Origin: Bugula neritina
Taxonomy: Eukaryota; Animalia; Bryozoa
Length of the DNA: 64,000 nucleotides
Reading direction: 5' to 3'
Assembly: GCA_964035545.1 (NCBI GenBank)
Contig: OZ037771.1
Span: 12,647,133-12,711,132 of the forward strand
In this document: positions 23,574 to 37,815 of the stretch, in pieces
Layout: every line of letters begins with the position of its first letter
How positions within the stretch are numbered: the stretch's first letter is position 1
The notes under the pieces: model-generated
Seen by the model: the letters and a program-made list of their open reading frames with translations, nothing else
Databases searched by the model: none
Told to the model about the DNA's origin: nothing
Program-made: the position numbers and the translations under genes

Positions 23574-26500
23574 ATGTATGCAGCAGCAACTAGGAGTGTC
23601 AATATGCCAGTCCGACTGAAAGGGTCGGATGAAGATTATTTACCCGAAGTGGAAAGGAGGTTCCTCTTCGATGACACGGCTGTCTTGGAGCAACAACAAG
23701 CTAACAAAACAGGAAATGGCGGACAGACAGTTGCCAAGGAGTTATTCAAATCTGAACAGGCAAGACAACTGCTAATTTGATGAATAAATAACTATTATAA
23801 GCCAAACTCACAACATTTTGAATCACTATGACATATAACTATATGTAACGAGATGTAAAAGCACAATATAAAATTACATAAAGACAAATATAATATCCAG
23901 CTGTATTTTAATAATACAACAGTTTTATAAGTTAGACTATGAATATACATATGAATATACATTATTTTTTAAAGAAAATATCAAGTCAGGAATAAAGTTA
24001 TAAAGTCAGCCCTAATCATCACCAAACCAATATCTCAAGTCTTATTGATGGCTAATTATTTTCTATATTTGACACTGGTTTTAATTTATATATAAAACAA
24101 GTAATGCAGTGAATATTATAAAAGTGCATAAGATTTCTAAAGGTCTATCCACAGGACTTTTGTATGCAAAATATGGCCAATCACAATAAACCGAATGTTG
24201 GTGATTTATAGCAATGAAATTAAACATACATATTTTTTCGTGAAATAATTGGTTTATAATTTACTAAACTAAAAATATTCTGTTTACAGAAGGTTTTGTA
24301 CAAGTATATTCTAAATTGCTTCCAAAATTAAAGTTTTATTGAATGCTTAAATACATTATATATAGATGGTTAAACTTTTGAAACATGATCATAAATTTCG
24401 ACAAAGTGTGGACTGTAGGGATTTTTCAGTGATAAGACCTAATTAAGATAAAGACAGCAACACTGGAAACACTGCATTAACATGTATAACTCTTATTTGA
24501 CTATTAGCAAAGCACATAGTATGTATGCAGAATAAGCATGCACTGAAATATTCTTTTATAAATTAAGTTTGTTTAAACCTCTTCCATTACCAATTTATCA
24601 GACTACCATATTTTATGCTTTTAAAAGCCTAGGTTTTATATAAGAAATAAATGTGTGTGTTTCCAGGCTCCCCTTGAAGACATCTATGACATCGTAGATA
24701 GAGATCATGCTGACGTTGAGAACGAGGCGCTGCACAACCTGGTGGCTACGTTGCTGCCAAGCATTGTATTCCGCGGCCTGATACTGCTGCTCATCATTGC
24801 CAACGCCATCATCCTCGGAATACAGACAGATGAACAGTTGGTAAGTTGACAGATTATCACCAACTTGACTCAGGAATATACATTATTTTAGTTAGTTTCT
24901 GTACCATACTGCACTTTAGAGTTATGCTCCCTCACAAACAACTTTGCAGTGTAAATTTTATAAGTTACTGAAAGGAAGCTAGTAAACATTAGAACAACAG
25001 AAATTAAAGTATATATAATATAATATATAATGATATTGCATCTGTTTACGTCAGCTGTTGGAATTTCAGTGTAAATATTCAATAAGATATCCATAATGCC
25101 TACCATGATACTATATGTTGGTATCAATGTGTATGCTGTCATACAATAATTATAATATTCAGATATTTGTAGGGGAAGGAATACGCCTACCTCTTTTCAA
25201 TCCTGGACCAGTTTATTCTCACCATATTCGTAGTCGAGATATTGTTGAAATGGTACTATGGCTTCCTCATTTTCTGGAAGGTTGGATGGAACATTCTAGA
25301 CTTTGCTATCGTAGCCGCTTTACTGCTAATACCGGCCCTTCAGTATGTGGGGAGTGGCCGAATTCTTAGAATACTGAGAGTGTTGAGGGCAGCCCGCAGT
25401 CTTCGCAGTATCAGCGGGTTACAAGGGCTATCTTTGGTTGTGCAGACGGTCATCCAGTCCTTGCCAGATATGTTTAATATAGCAGTGGTTCTATGCATTA
25501 TTCTTCTAGTTTTTGCGGTGGTGGGTATAACCCTGTTCGGTAAGGATATACCAAAGTACTTTGGCAATCCGGAGAAGGCAATGTTCACGCTATTTATCTG
25601 TGTCACACAAGATGGTTGGTTGAATATATTTGAGGCGTTCAAGGAAGCTGGGCAAAGCCAGCCATGGATATACACTGTGGGAATACTGTACTTGATACTA
25701 GCCATTACAGTTGGGGCCTTCGTCTTTGCTAACCTGGCTGTGGCTGCTGTCGTTACTAACTTGGAAATCGCAATGAAAGAGATCAAAGCTGAGAACAAAT
25801 CTGATGACGCTCTGAAATTCATTGAAGACGAAGAGGTTAGTGCTATATATAATTATAACGCTGACCATGAGCTCTACACAAGCCCTTTACTTTATTCACC
25901 AGCAAATTGATGTCTTCTCCCAACATTGATTCTTGTCAAGTATTGATATGTGAGCATAGCATAGAAAACTAATATAATAAAATAAGTCAACAATGCATCT
26001 ATTTAGTATTATATAATAATATATAGTAAGCGGGGCCCTTTAACCAGTTGATAGTAATCAAACTCAGTAGCATTTCAAGTTAGTACTCAGTCTATATTTT
26101 AGTTCACCAATTATGCAGGTAAAATACATAAATGCATGTATTTAGGTGACTCACATACCAATAACACCAGCTGAAGAGGTTACCAAGAACTTTGATTTCA
26201 GCACTCAGGCCCCGATACACGCCCCGGATTTAAGCAGTTTGCTGACTCTAGAAAAATTTGAGAACTACATGCTATTGCTGACAGCTTTGGAAGAGAATTT
26301 GGCTGAATATAAGGCTATAAGAGAAGACTTAGATCGCATGTTTGATATCATTTGTGAGCTGAATATACAGGAAAAGACCGGCTCCGCCAATGAGGTTAGT
26401 TGGTACATTCTTATGACATCATCAACCTAACACGCAAGTCTCCATGTTCGTAGAATGATGACGAATATGAAAATTTAATGCTTAATCCAGTTTCTCTATT

Positions 26501-26798
26501 TTTATAAAATAACACATTTTGTAAAATTCTGAAAACTTTAGAGTTGTGTCCACTACTAATATCTAAAAAGTTTGAGCATATTATAGTTTGTACATGCAGC
26601 TTGTGCCTATTCTTAGCGTAGAATTGTATCTGTTGCTAGCCAGCTGGTGGGAAAGGAAGTAAAGAGAGTGTATCAAATAAACCGAGTGCCTCGGGAGTCA
26701 GGCACACCGGAATACACGGTACAGACTCAAGGAAGGCCAAAGGGATTTCCTCTGCACTGCTATCTAGACCGTCAGCTCACAGCGTTGACAAAATGTAG
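23574..26798 (+). CDS. CATSPER4: Sperm cation channel pore subunit, CatSper4-like (single 6-TM domain)
   Basis: Exons 23574-23759, 24667-24840, 25173-25835, 26146-26394, 26640-26798, all phase 0, with AATAAA at about 26865. Motifs: S4 RILRILRVLRAARSLR, S4-S5 linker VIQSLPDMFNI, pore TLFICVTQDGW (TQDGW is the CatSper4 filter signature as I recall it), S6 ITVGAFVFANL...VVTNLE. The terminal exons are less certain. Confidence 0.88.
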
Positions 26799-27587
26799 CA
26801 CGTATATACGGACTATGTCAGCAAACAGCTTTAGTAGAACAATGTTGAGCAAAGTACAAATTATGAATAAACTTGTTGGATAATTTATTATAGAAAACAA
26901 TATATTGAGATGTACATCAAACATAGTTTTTAATAACCAAATGCTTACTTTAACAAATATATAATGAATACAATAACAGCATATAACAGCAGACATTGTC
27001 TAGAACTACAAGTCCAACATTTTAAGGAGGGAAAAGAAAAAAGTAACAACCAAAGAGCTGACAAGCAGAGCTGGAGAAGATAGCATTGTATTCATAACAC
27101 CATAAATGAAATCAACTAAAACATTTGAGCAAATAAAAATATAACATGTTAAGATTTCAGCAAATCTAAAAATGAAGGGGAAAAATTAAGTCAACAAAAA
27201 ATTATAACCAAGAGCACATTGCACATTTAGTTTAATGTGTAAAATTTTATATTTAAGCATTTGAGTAAGATTTCAAGTTAGGCCGCAGAATTTGAAGCTT
27301 TCAATATATTTCTGAATTTTTGGTTAGTTTTAAGAGTTGTAATGAGATACAACTTTAATAGAGATTATCAAGCACAAGCTCCTAGACATTTACACGAATC
27401 AACATAATACAGGGACTTTAAATGTGAATGGAACCAAACAATAAAATAAATGTGCCAATGTAACAACGGAGCTAGCATGCATGCTCATTACCTATAAGTA
27501 TATATTGTATTTGTTAATCAAATGACTATGACCAGAGTTTACAGTACATAATAGAATGAGATGGAGTCACTTTGATATAGCACATTT

Positions 27588-27740
27588 CTAGTAGTACTAC
27601 ACACTGTGAGTGAGAGTACTACTACACTGTGAGTGAGAGTACTACACACTGTGAGTGAGAGTGCTACTACACTGTGAGTGAGAGTACTACACTCAGTGAG
27701 TCAGAGTACTACTGTGAGTTGTAGAGTACAATTACTGTGA
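27588..27740. repeat. ~23-bp minisatellite (GAGTACTACTACACTGTGAGTGA) in the PGAP2 3' UTR
   Basis: About 5-6 visible tandem copies. Confidence 0.8.
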
Positions 27741-27759
27741 CCATCAGATCTGCAGAGCC

Positions 27760-30700
27760 TTATAATATATCGAGAGATATTCTCCTCCGAATTGCCTGTA
27801 AATTAAAGAGAACACATTCTACTGTTTGCAGTGAGTTTGATTCACCACCCCACCCGACTCATTACAAGGCTAGACTGAGAACTGAGTCTACAAAGAACTG
27901 ACTACACAAGACAGAACTGCATATCATAACGAATACAAAACTAGTCTAAGCAAGCAAACATGAAGATAAACAATAAAATGTCACCATAAAAATGTCACAA
28001 CATGTCACAACATGACACAACATGTCACAAATAGATGCTAAGTGCTAACACACAGGGCGGGGGGGGGGGGGGAGAGGGGGGATTTCTCATTCTCGTATAC
28101 TAAGTAACATCAAATAAATTAAATAATAAATATTCAACAAAAAAACAAAAACAAACACATGTTTTTTACTGACGAGTATTTCAACGGGTGATAACTGCTA
28201 ACAAGTGCTATTGGCGACTGAAAATTTCCACTTTTATTAGAGTTGATGTCAAGCATTGGCCCTGAGTTTATACAGCACAGCACGTGTAGAGAAACTTCCG
28301 TAGAAGGCGGCACAAACTTACGTCAGACGACGAGGAAGATGGCAGTCCAGTGGGGGTCAGGTCCAAGACAGCGTTGCAGTGGAATCCCACGTTAGTCAGC
28401 ACCAACAGGTACTCACAGAGGCTGAACATGGAGTAGACTACAAGAGAGTGAAATCTTGTCATCTCAACAAAACATGTTATCATATCATAAATAGCTTCTT
28501 GATAAGACCGGTTCTGTTTACTAACTGGACCAGTTCTGTCTACTAACTGGACCAGCCCGGGTTTTCTAACAGGACCGGTTCTGTCTACTAACAGGACCGG
28601 TTCTGTCTACTAACAGAAGCAGTTCTGTCTACTAACAGGACCAGCTCTGTCTACTAACAGGACCAGTTCTGTCTACTAACTGGACCAGTTCTGTCTACTA
28701 ACAGGACCAGTTCTGTCTACTAATAGGACCAGTTCTGTCTACTAACAGGACCAGTTCTGTCTACTAACTGGACCAGCTCTGTCTACTAACAGGACCGGTT
28801 CTGTCTACTAACTGGACCAGCTTTGTCTACTAACAGGACCAGCTCTGTCTACTAACTGGACCAGTTCTGTCTACTAACTGGACCAGTTCTGTCTACTAAC
28901 AGGACCAGTTCTGTCTACTAACTGGACCAGTTCTGTCTACTAACTGGACCAGTTCTGTCTACTAACAGGACCAGTTCTGTCTACTAACAGGACCAGTTCT
29001 GTCTACTAACAGGACCAGCTCTGTCTACTAACAGGACCAGTTCTGTCTACTAACAGGACCAGTTCTGTCTACTAACAGGACCAGTTCTGTCTACTAACTG
29101 GACCAGCTCTGTTTACTAACAGGACCAGTTCTGTCTACTAACTGGACCAGCACATATTGGGCCTACCTGAAGGTTCACAGTAGGTATTGTGCCTCCAGTA
29201 GAAATAGGCAGCACCCAGCAGGCAGCAGAGGTAAAACATAAACAGCATCTTCTTATATCTCAGAGAGACTCTCAGCTACAATATAATAGAGAATTCTAGA
29301 GCTTGGAGTTGTCTCTCCTCACAGATCTACCTTCTCAATAAACTGCATTATACAACATTATGTGTTACCCAATTACTATGCATTATACAATTAATATACA
29401 TTACACAACATTAAACACTCTACATTATATTACCCTGAATATATAATGATGTCACACATGTGGAATATCCCCCCCCCCCCCCCGGACTCTTACAAGTACA
29501 CTACTTTCATACTAAAACTGTTGTGACTAATTATCTGTTATTGATTATAATCTTGGAAATAGGGAGCAGCCGTGGTCTAGAGGTTTGGGGTTTGCCTAGT
29601 AAGCACAAAGTCATGGGTTCGAAACCCCACAAAGGCCATTGCTGATGTTAGGAAGAGCATCCAGTCATAATCGTTTCTGTGTCACATATGAATAAGTCCT
29701 TAGCCTGATTTAGCAGAAAACCCCTTTTATCAAGGGGTTTCTCACAGGGATGGTGACTATAAACTTGCATGAGTTTTATAGTCTTGGACATAGATGATCA
29801 GCTAATCTGTAGAGAGAAGGCGGAGCATACCTTGTGCTGAGCCGTGTGACTATAGAGAGACATCTGTAACAGAATAGTGCCCAGCATGTACGCCACAGAC
29901 GAAAAGAGAAAAGTAATGAAAGACGTCTTGTGTAGCCCTGAAAATACAAGCAATAGCTGATAACATACAAAACTTTATAAATTCTAGTTATATTATTATA
30001 TTTTTATTATTATATATTATTATTATTATATAAATATATTACATTATTATTATATTGTATCATATTATTTAATATTAATTCTGGTTGCTTGAACACCACC
30101 AAAGTTTATAATAATAAAAGTTGTAGGAATATAAATGGACAGGTAAAAATTATAAAGGAATAGCTGTAACACTCAATGTGTGAGGTGAACATACTTTGTA
30201 CTTATTATATACATGTATGTTTGTCAACTTCTAGAGGTCATTGAAATTATATAATCACATGGAATAAAGTGTTTGCAAAGGCCACTGACCTTGCACTACC
30301 CTGTGAAGGTCATCATAAATATAATAGTAATATATAAACTAGAGTTGAATACTTTTATATAATCTGTACCCTCATGATTGCAGCTGCTGACGCTGTGTTA
30401 TTGTTATTTCTAGTTGTAGTCACACTACACGATATTCCCTCTATCAACGGTTACAACATGTTAACTTGGTGAGATTCACACACAGAGAATGTATATATTC
30501 AAGTGGGTAAATGTTAACCCAGTTAGCCTTTAGCTAAGACGTGAAGCACCAGCACCCAGTACAACCACTCTTCATATGAGTTTATATACTATACAGGGAA
30601 TACCCTAGTCGACTCTAACTAGTAGAAATGGGGATAGAAGATGGAGAGACTCATAACACTAAACTACATCTATTTATACAATTTGCAATATATCTAAAAA

Positions 30701-32140
30701 TTATCATTAAAAATGACTAAACATAAATTTTAGCCAAATGACATAATTATAATTTATAACTTACAGTTATTAGCTTAAAATAAATATTTGCTCCTCGCAT
30801 ATAAGAAGAGTAAATAAACTATCAACTAATTGGTAGCCTTAATTAGCAACACAGAATACTTATCTAGAGATACCTAACTGAGTAATGTGCCTTGTGTGTG
30901 AGTTTACTAGACTATGTTAAAACACACCTCATACATTCATATCATTTGAAAGAATCAGTCATCAGAAGCAGCTTTGAAATGAGAGTTCTAAAGATGAATA
31001 TTTTCCATTACATCACATTATGCAATGTTTACCTGTATTTACCTGTATATACATGTTTACCTGTATCTACCTGTACTACTGACATGTTTACCTGTATCTA
31101 CCTGTACTACTGACAAGTTTACCTGTATCTACATGTATTAACCTGAACCTATCTACCTGTATTAAAGATATTTACCGAAATCAGAAGTGGAGGTGACTAG
31201 AGTCAAGAGGAGCAAGGCTGTAATTTCTACGAAGTTAAACAGCAAGATGATGATTATCCACGGCTGATTCACGTGTTTCCACCTGCAACAAAATATTTCT
31301 CTCAGAGACGTACTGTCTATGCGGCAGCTAATTGATACATGTGTCTGAGCTATAGCCTATCACCATGTGTCTGATACTATGAAGTACTGCTGCTCGAACG
31401 TTAATAAATTCAGCCACGAATTATTATTACGAAAAATATGTTACAGAAAGTGTATGAGAGTGAAATGCTCCGAGGTAGTACAAACCGTTCGGTGGTTCTA
31501 GTATTATAGTAAACAAGATGGCTGCAGAGAGTGAAGTATCTGCCAGGAGTGTGTAAAACGATACAATACCACCATACTGACATCTGCGGCTCCCGTGATC
31601 CTGCCGCAGCGCTTATTGATGGCAGAAAATTCCAAACCTGTAAATATGTAACGGTACAATAGATAGTCTAACAACTGCCACTAGTGGTAATATTCAGTTT
31701 TACTAGCACTCAATCAGTAGCAACCGTAGTTGCAAGATTACTAATTGGCGGTAATAGTTATCAATATGAATATCACTCATTGTAAACATGAATTTTATTA
31801 TATTAATACATGAATGTCAAATTTACTATTTAACTTTATATAGGCCTTCATTATAAATTTATTTAATATAGCGTTTAAACTTTAACATCAACACGAAATT
31901 GGAAAACAAATTAAAAAACAATCATAATGAGTTGATTACTTACTTTTAATTATGTAACTATGACAAACTAAACTTTGAAATTAAAGAATTGCCACTTACA
32001 TTACAGTGAGTAGCATTTGCCTCCTCAAAATAATACCTTAAAGAATATATCACACAGAAAAATAAACCGAACGTTGGTAAAGAAAGAACTCCTGGCCCAA
32101 ACTTCTTCCAGGGAAACGTATCAATATAACTGCCTGGCAT
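27760..32140 (-). CDS. PGAP2: Post-GPI attachment to proteins factor 2 (Frag1/DRAM/Sfk1 family)
   Basis: Phase-consistent exons 32140-32000, 31637-31486, 31282-31176, 29937-29831, 29275-29167, 28437-28322, 27795-27760. Motifs: ATHCNVWNFLPSISAA, VWWYCIVLHTPGR, VEITALLLLTLVTS, LHKTSFITF, YFYWRHNTYCEPSVYSMFSLCEYLLVLTNVGFH. Confidence 0.93.
28506..29151. repeat. 22-bp minisatellite (ACTAACAGGACCAGTTCTGTCT) filling a PGAP2 intron
   Basis: About 29 near-identical tandem copies. Confidence 0.95.
29562..29775 (+). mobile_element. tRNA-Thr(AGT)-derived SINE, copy 3
   Basis: Head GGGAGCAGCCGTGGTCTAG...GGTTCGAAACCC followed by the shared body. Confidence 0.88.
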
Positions 32141-33845
32141 CTTTAGTCCTCACGTCACATTTGGAATTTTCGAAATTAAAAAACTGAGTGAATAGTAATT
32201 GTAACAATAAGACGCCAACTTTGGGCAGACTATTAATTAATGAGTGTAATTTACTTCACTACTCCACCCTTCCCGTTTTTAACCTCGGTTGTGTTGTATT
32301 CTTTCTCGCAACAGCTAATAAGTTTTAAACTGTTAATAATAGGCAACTGTTTTACGTTTTAATTTCAACGTACAATTAGCGTGCATGCATTCACATACCG
32401 GACTGTGCTTTTTAAAATTGCAGTGGTGTTTCCGATAATACACTAAACTGTCGGCCAAATACCTTCGTACGATCGAGTTATTTTCCGAATTAGTCTAACA
32501 ACGACATACAATCGCCATGACAATGACCTTGCAGAAACTACTTTCGTTTTCGTGCTCGACTCCTCACCGTGGATGCGAATCCGATTCCTATTTTGTAACA
32601 TCAGTTACAGTATGTACAATATGCTTGGTTTTTTTTCTAAAATTATCATTATTAATTTGGTTTAAATTAATTCAATTTGCATAAAATATTTCAAGACACC
32701 ATTGACATTAACTTCCTGAAATCGTGGATTCTATAACTGTGACTATGAGCTTATAAATTTATCATCGTGACTTAGAATTCTATTGTTTAAAATGTGCACT
32801 CACTCACTCACTTGTTCCCAGTGAGTGTCTATGTTGACTTAAAACAAGTATTTGTATGGTAAATAATTTTTAACATTTACAATTATTGATACTAGTATAA
32901 CTGTAAAAGTGCACAAGACTATGACATAAACTATAGCAAATATTGTTAATAGATTAATTATATACTTATACTTATAACATTTTGAAAATTAAAATTGATA
33001 CAATGTAATTCTAATTGTCGCAGCTGATAGCAAAGTTATGTTAAATTGTTTTATTTTATATATAATTTTGTTATAGCTTCAGTGAAAGTCGCTACTATGT
33101 TTGTTATTGGTAATTACTATTCTTGTAATTGCCATTATTTTATTTGATAATGGTCATAGAATGCTCATCAGTTTGTGATTTAAAAAAAATATCAAACTAC
33201 AAGTTTGAAACAACAAGTTAAAAGTTTTTTTTTCTTTAAAAAAAACTTGTTTTCACATAATAATGACTAGAGACCAATGCACTTGTCAGTTGTAATTATG
33301 GTTACAATATTACCTTTGTAATCTTCAGATCCAGTCAATAATCATCATTTCCCATTTACTGTCATTTAGAAAACTTTAATATTTAATTTTATGCTTGTAA
33401 ACATTGATTCAATTGTAGAAAATACCCAAGTGTTCAATCATTGGTTTTTGTCAAAATGAAAACACTGTTGATTGGTTCTCTTTGATTAGAAGCTTCAGTT
33501 TTGAAACCATCGCTGCTCTTATTGGTACTTTTATGAATTAGTATTTTATTTAGAATTCATGTTTGTTAAATAAATATTTAACTTTTTTACATGTGAGTTT
33601 TTTTTCTGGATGATGTAACTTATTTAATTACCCAGAGGTGAGCTGACTTTGTATACTCTCTTCTCACCCTCTAAACAGAGTATATATTCATATACAACAT
33701 AAATACAGTTATATTTGCCTTTTCAATGTAGTATATATAATATTATTTACTGTATATGCAATTGATTTTGATCTGCATATAACTACAACATTTTTTTTGT
33801 TTTAGTTTAAACTAGTTTGTCATATTTCTAATCACACCTCTTTTA

Positions 33846-36800
33846 ATGGAGACAAGATACTGCGACAAGTTTCGTCCTGTTGTAAGTTTGCGCTGCTACG
33901 TGAATTAGCATAAGTTGAAGAATATAATTCTTATAGCATTTGACAGATACATTTGTACACTTTTAGATTCTCAAGTGGAATATTTTGTTTGTATTCATTG
34001 TTCGTTCATATTGGTAGAAATTGAAATTAGTGTCTGACAAATTGTAGCAATTGAATTAAAAAATATTATTGTTTGCAGTATTGTACTTTTCATGTTCAGT
34101 TTATAACATTGTTTCACTGATCATGTTGATTAATTTTTTTTAAGGATGAAGATGCATACTTGAGAGATTTTATTCGGGCTGTAGAGCATAAAGACTTGTC
34201 TTACATAAAGTTTATTGTTCCAATTATCAAAGTGAGTTTAAATTTTTCATTTTGTTAAGCCAAATTGAAAATTTAAAATCAACTTGTTAACACACCCATT
34301 CCCACACACACACACGCACACACACACACACACACGCACGCACGCACGCACACACACACACACTAACAACAAACATTTGCAGTGGTCAATAATAAACAAC
34401 ATACAATTAGACAAAATCTAGTATTAATCAGCTGTAATTGACATTTCTAAGTATTCGACACTCTGCCTTTTAGTTTTTGTGATGAAATTCATTTAAAAGT
34501 AATTAACATGGCTGCTATGTTCATAGATTATTATAGGTTAAGTTTTGCTGCACATAACCTAATAAGTACTTTGAAATGACATCACAGCTACTGGTAACAC
34601 TTTGTTTCAGGACCAACAGAAGGAAGTGTGCACGTCCATTGATCAGTGTGGTCACTATCTAGAGTTGAGTAAAGAAGACAGCTACAAATATGACAAAGTT
34701 CTGGCTCACGGGCTGTTGTTGTCGTCGCACCATGGCAACCTAGATATAACAAATTACCTCCTGGAACAAGGAGCTTTGATCAGTTATCAAAATGAGGTAC
34801 AGTTTAACCAGTCGACTTTGTTCGAACTTTACTTTAGTTTTTTACCTTCAAAGCTTAAATTAAGCGACTCCATCATTATAAAATATATGCCACATCGTTT
34901 GTTTGAAATTAATGCTGTAAAATCTTTTCTCTGGTAATTATTCTTATTAAGCATATTTTAGAAGGTATTTTACCATAATTACAAAGCAGGGAGTTGTCTT
35001 GCCTTGAGTGGTTTTTGTTTATATTTTAAATTACCTATAAATCCTACACAAGGTAATTTATTTTACCTGCCTGTGATAAACATGACTTGTGTATATGTGA
35101 GGAGTTATGTTCTCTTACTCTATATTTAGTCAGGTGACACGGCACTCATCAAAGCGTGTGAAAGAGGTCACACTGAGGTGGTCAAGACTCTGTTGGCTCA
35201 TGGAGCTGACATCAACCAGACCAACCTGGTGGGCTCCAGCGCTCTGCAGTGGGTGTCCAGGACTCATTGTGATAAGAGATTTGAAACAGTGAAGCTTCTA
35301 CTCAGCTACGGTGATATCCAAGTTGATCTCAAATCTCACAAGGTTAAAGGTTATTTCCTGTTTTAGCAGATGTTGAAAAAATAATTTGTCAGCTTGAGAG
35401 TTATGGACTTAAAAAAACTAATATTTTCTGCATTTTTGTCTGTCTGTTTGTCAGAATTCGGTTCTTATTTCTTAGCCAGTAATTATAGAGAGAGCTAAAG
35501 AATAATAGCAGTTGTTGTACTTATGTCATAGAGACTATACAGGTGAATGTATGAAAGCTGTCAAAGTTGTCTCTACATTGCGACATATTTTCATCTTTGT
35601 TTGCTGACCAAATAGGTCAGCATTTAACTCACTGACAGTTTCAGGTGGTGGATTAATACAGACTGCTGCCACAACAAGCAATGAATAGGATTATCTCTTA
35701 AAACTTGCACAATTTTTCTGTAGTTATCATCTTTTTATTACAGAAAAGTCGTACGGCCCTGCACTGTGCTGCGGAAAGCGACGAAACAGGTGTAATATGC
35801 AGAGATCTTCTTGACAAACTGGCTACAGTTAACATTCAAGACATCGAGGGGATGACTCCCTTACATCTCGCTGCCTTTCGAGGTTTAGACATCAATGTGC
35901 AGTTGCTCATACAGTACGGAGCTCATATCAACATCCAAACTCACAAGGTGTGTGTTTTACTCCTTTATATGATTCACAAGACTCTTCTAAAAATAGAATT
36001 GTTTAAACTTTCAAGCATTTTGTATAACAGAATGATGGTTTAGACTTCAATCTGAAAAGTTAGCCATGCAAAGTAATTAAATAATTTTAGACATTTTAAG
36101 AGTTCACAATTTTTTGCAATTATTATAAAAATTTTAAGAAAAGTTGTTACTAACTGCATTTTCTTTCATTTGCATTATGCGAATGGATGCTCGTACGATG
36201 AATTTGAGGTTGCAGTTTGTGTGAACTTGTGGTTGTGGTTTCATTTGGATACAACTGTTTCCAAACATTGAAAGAAAAATTAATTCACATAATGCAAAGC
36301 TTGCAAACATAGTGATTACAATATGTGGCAGAGCATGGCGTAGCTAATCATGAGTTAGTATTCTTTTATAAAATTAAACGATTACAGTTTGGACTAACAG
36401 CACTACACATAGCGATGAGGGAAGGACATTTCAACACTGTGAAGTTGCTGTTGGTCGCAGGAGCCGACCTTGACATTCAAGACTCGGTGAGTCGGCATTT
36501 GAATTCTTAGATCAACACAGTTATTCTATTCTCAGATTAACACAGTTATTCTATTTTGAATTCCATTGACCTCTATGGTTGGTATATATTGTAGTGTGGA
36601 CAGAAAGCACTGGAGAGGATGAAGACGTATGCTAAGTTATCTAGCAAGTATGAGTATAGTTTGATAGAGGAGTATATAGCAGAATATCAGGATGAGATCA
36701 AGACCACTGAGGTACGTATCACCTATACTACTGCTGTCCTTATTGCTATTACAATTTGCTGTTATTCAAAGCAGTATCAACATTGGAGTTGTCATCTTAT

Positions 36801-37815
36801 TTTAAAGTTGCACTTATCATGGAGTTATCATCACATCTTATACTGAATGATTCTATTTTTAAAATGAATAGCCTAAGGTTACAAAATATAAAATTTTACG
36901 ATTGTAGATTTCTTGAGCTAAAAGTGTACTGGTTTTATTATCTGTTCATTTATATTTTTTTATAACAACTTTACTATTTTTATTTTTGTCCTTGAACTTG
37001 GTAGAGTCGCCGACTAGAAAATGCCGCCAGTGTCCTCTGTGAGCTTATACCAGATATTGACAAAGGCTATTCCCTCTTTCAAGAGTTATTACACAGGTTT
37101 GGTTATTCGTGTTAATCTAGAATTTACAACTTAGTATGAAAGTTTATTTTATAAACAAATAAATTAAAACTCAAATATCAGACAGTCAGCTAGCAAGTTT
37201 TCAAGTTGGAATAAAGTTTTGAGTTTTTCTAAGCAGCTTTTTTGTAAGTAGATTTATTTATGTTACAACTTGACTTTAAAATTACTTTGGGACTAAGCTA
37301 CATTCATTGCCATGTAATTCACATTTATTTCATTGTAAAGATAACATGGAAAGTTTTGGCAAAAATTAGCTTGTATATATATAGTTGTTTTGTAAACAGT
37401 TACAACAGTTGATGTCTATTATTGTATTTGACTAGTAAAACTACAAAGAACTAGTAGCTGTGATTCACTCTGTAGTTGTTGTTTTGGTGCTGCAGTAAAG
37501 GTAACGATGACATCATAGACGGTCACATAGCCAGTATACCGTTGAGGAGCAGTGAAGTCAGTCTGTCTGTTCTGTCTCTCCATCTGCTGCACGTCTGGAT
37601 GTCTAAGTACAAGCAGACGGCAACATTCTGGATACTGATGAGAGCCCTTAGAGATCATGGTATGCCTTCATTAGCTGGTGAGTTCTATAGTTAGAGATCT
37701 TTGGTGGTAGATCATTGATCAGTTGTGTATTTTATTAACCACAAATTTACTTTACTGGTTTTTATTTTTGTTTGCAGACAAGATAATTGATCAGTTTTGG
37801 CGAGAAGATTTTTAA
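33846..37815 (+). CDS. Ankyrin-repeat protein with a C-terminal death-domain-like region
   Basis: Exons 33846-33881 (or alternative 32517-32609), 34145-34231, 34611-34796, 35130-35342, 35744-35947, 36388-36486, 36595-36711, 37005-37096, 37496-37677, 37778-37815. ANK motifs GDTALIKACERGH, TALHCAA, GMTPLHLAAFRG, GLTALHIAMREGH. The tail LLHVWMSKYKQTATFWILMRALRDHGMPSLADKI resembles death-domain helices 4-6. Confidence 0.85.

Noticed and set aside
25340-25822. 160-aa minus-strand ORF
   Set aside because: Antisense shadow of the CatSper4 exon.
28506-29151. Regular repeats resembling a CRISPR array (also 54811-56199)
   Set aside because: Head-to-tail units with no unique spacers, no cas genes, and a eukaryotic intronic context.
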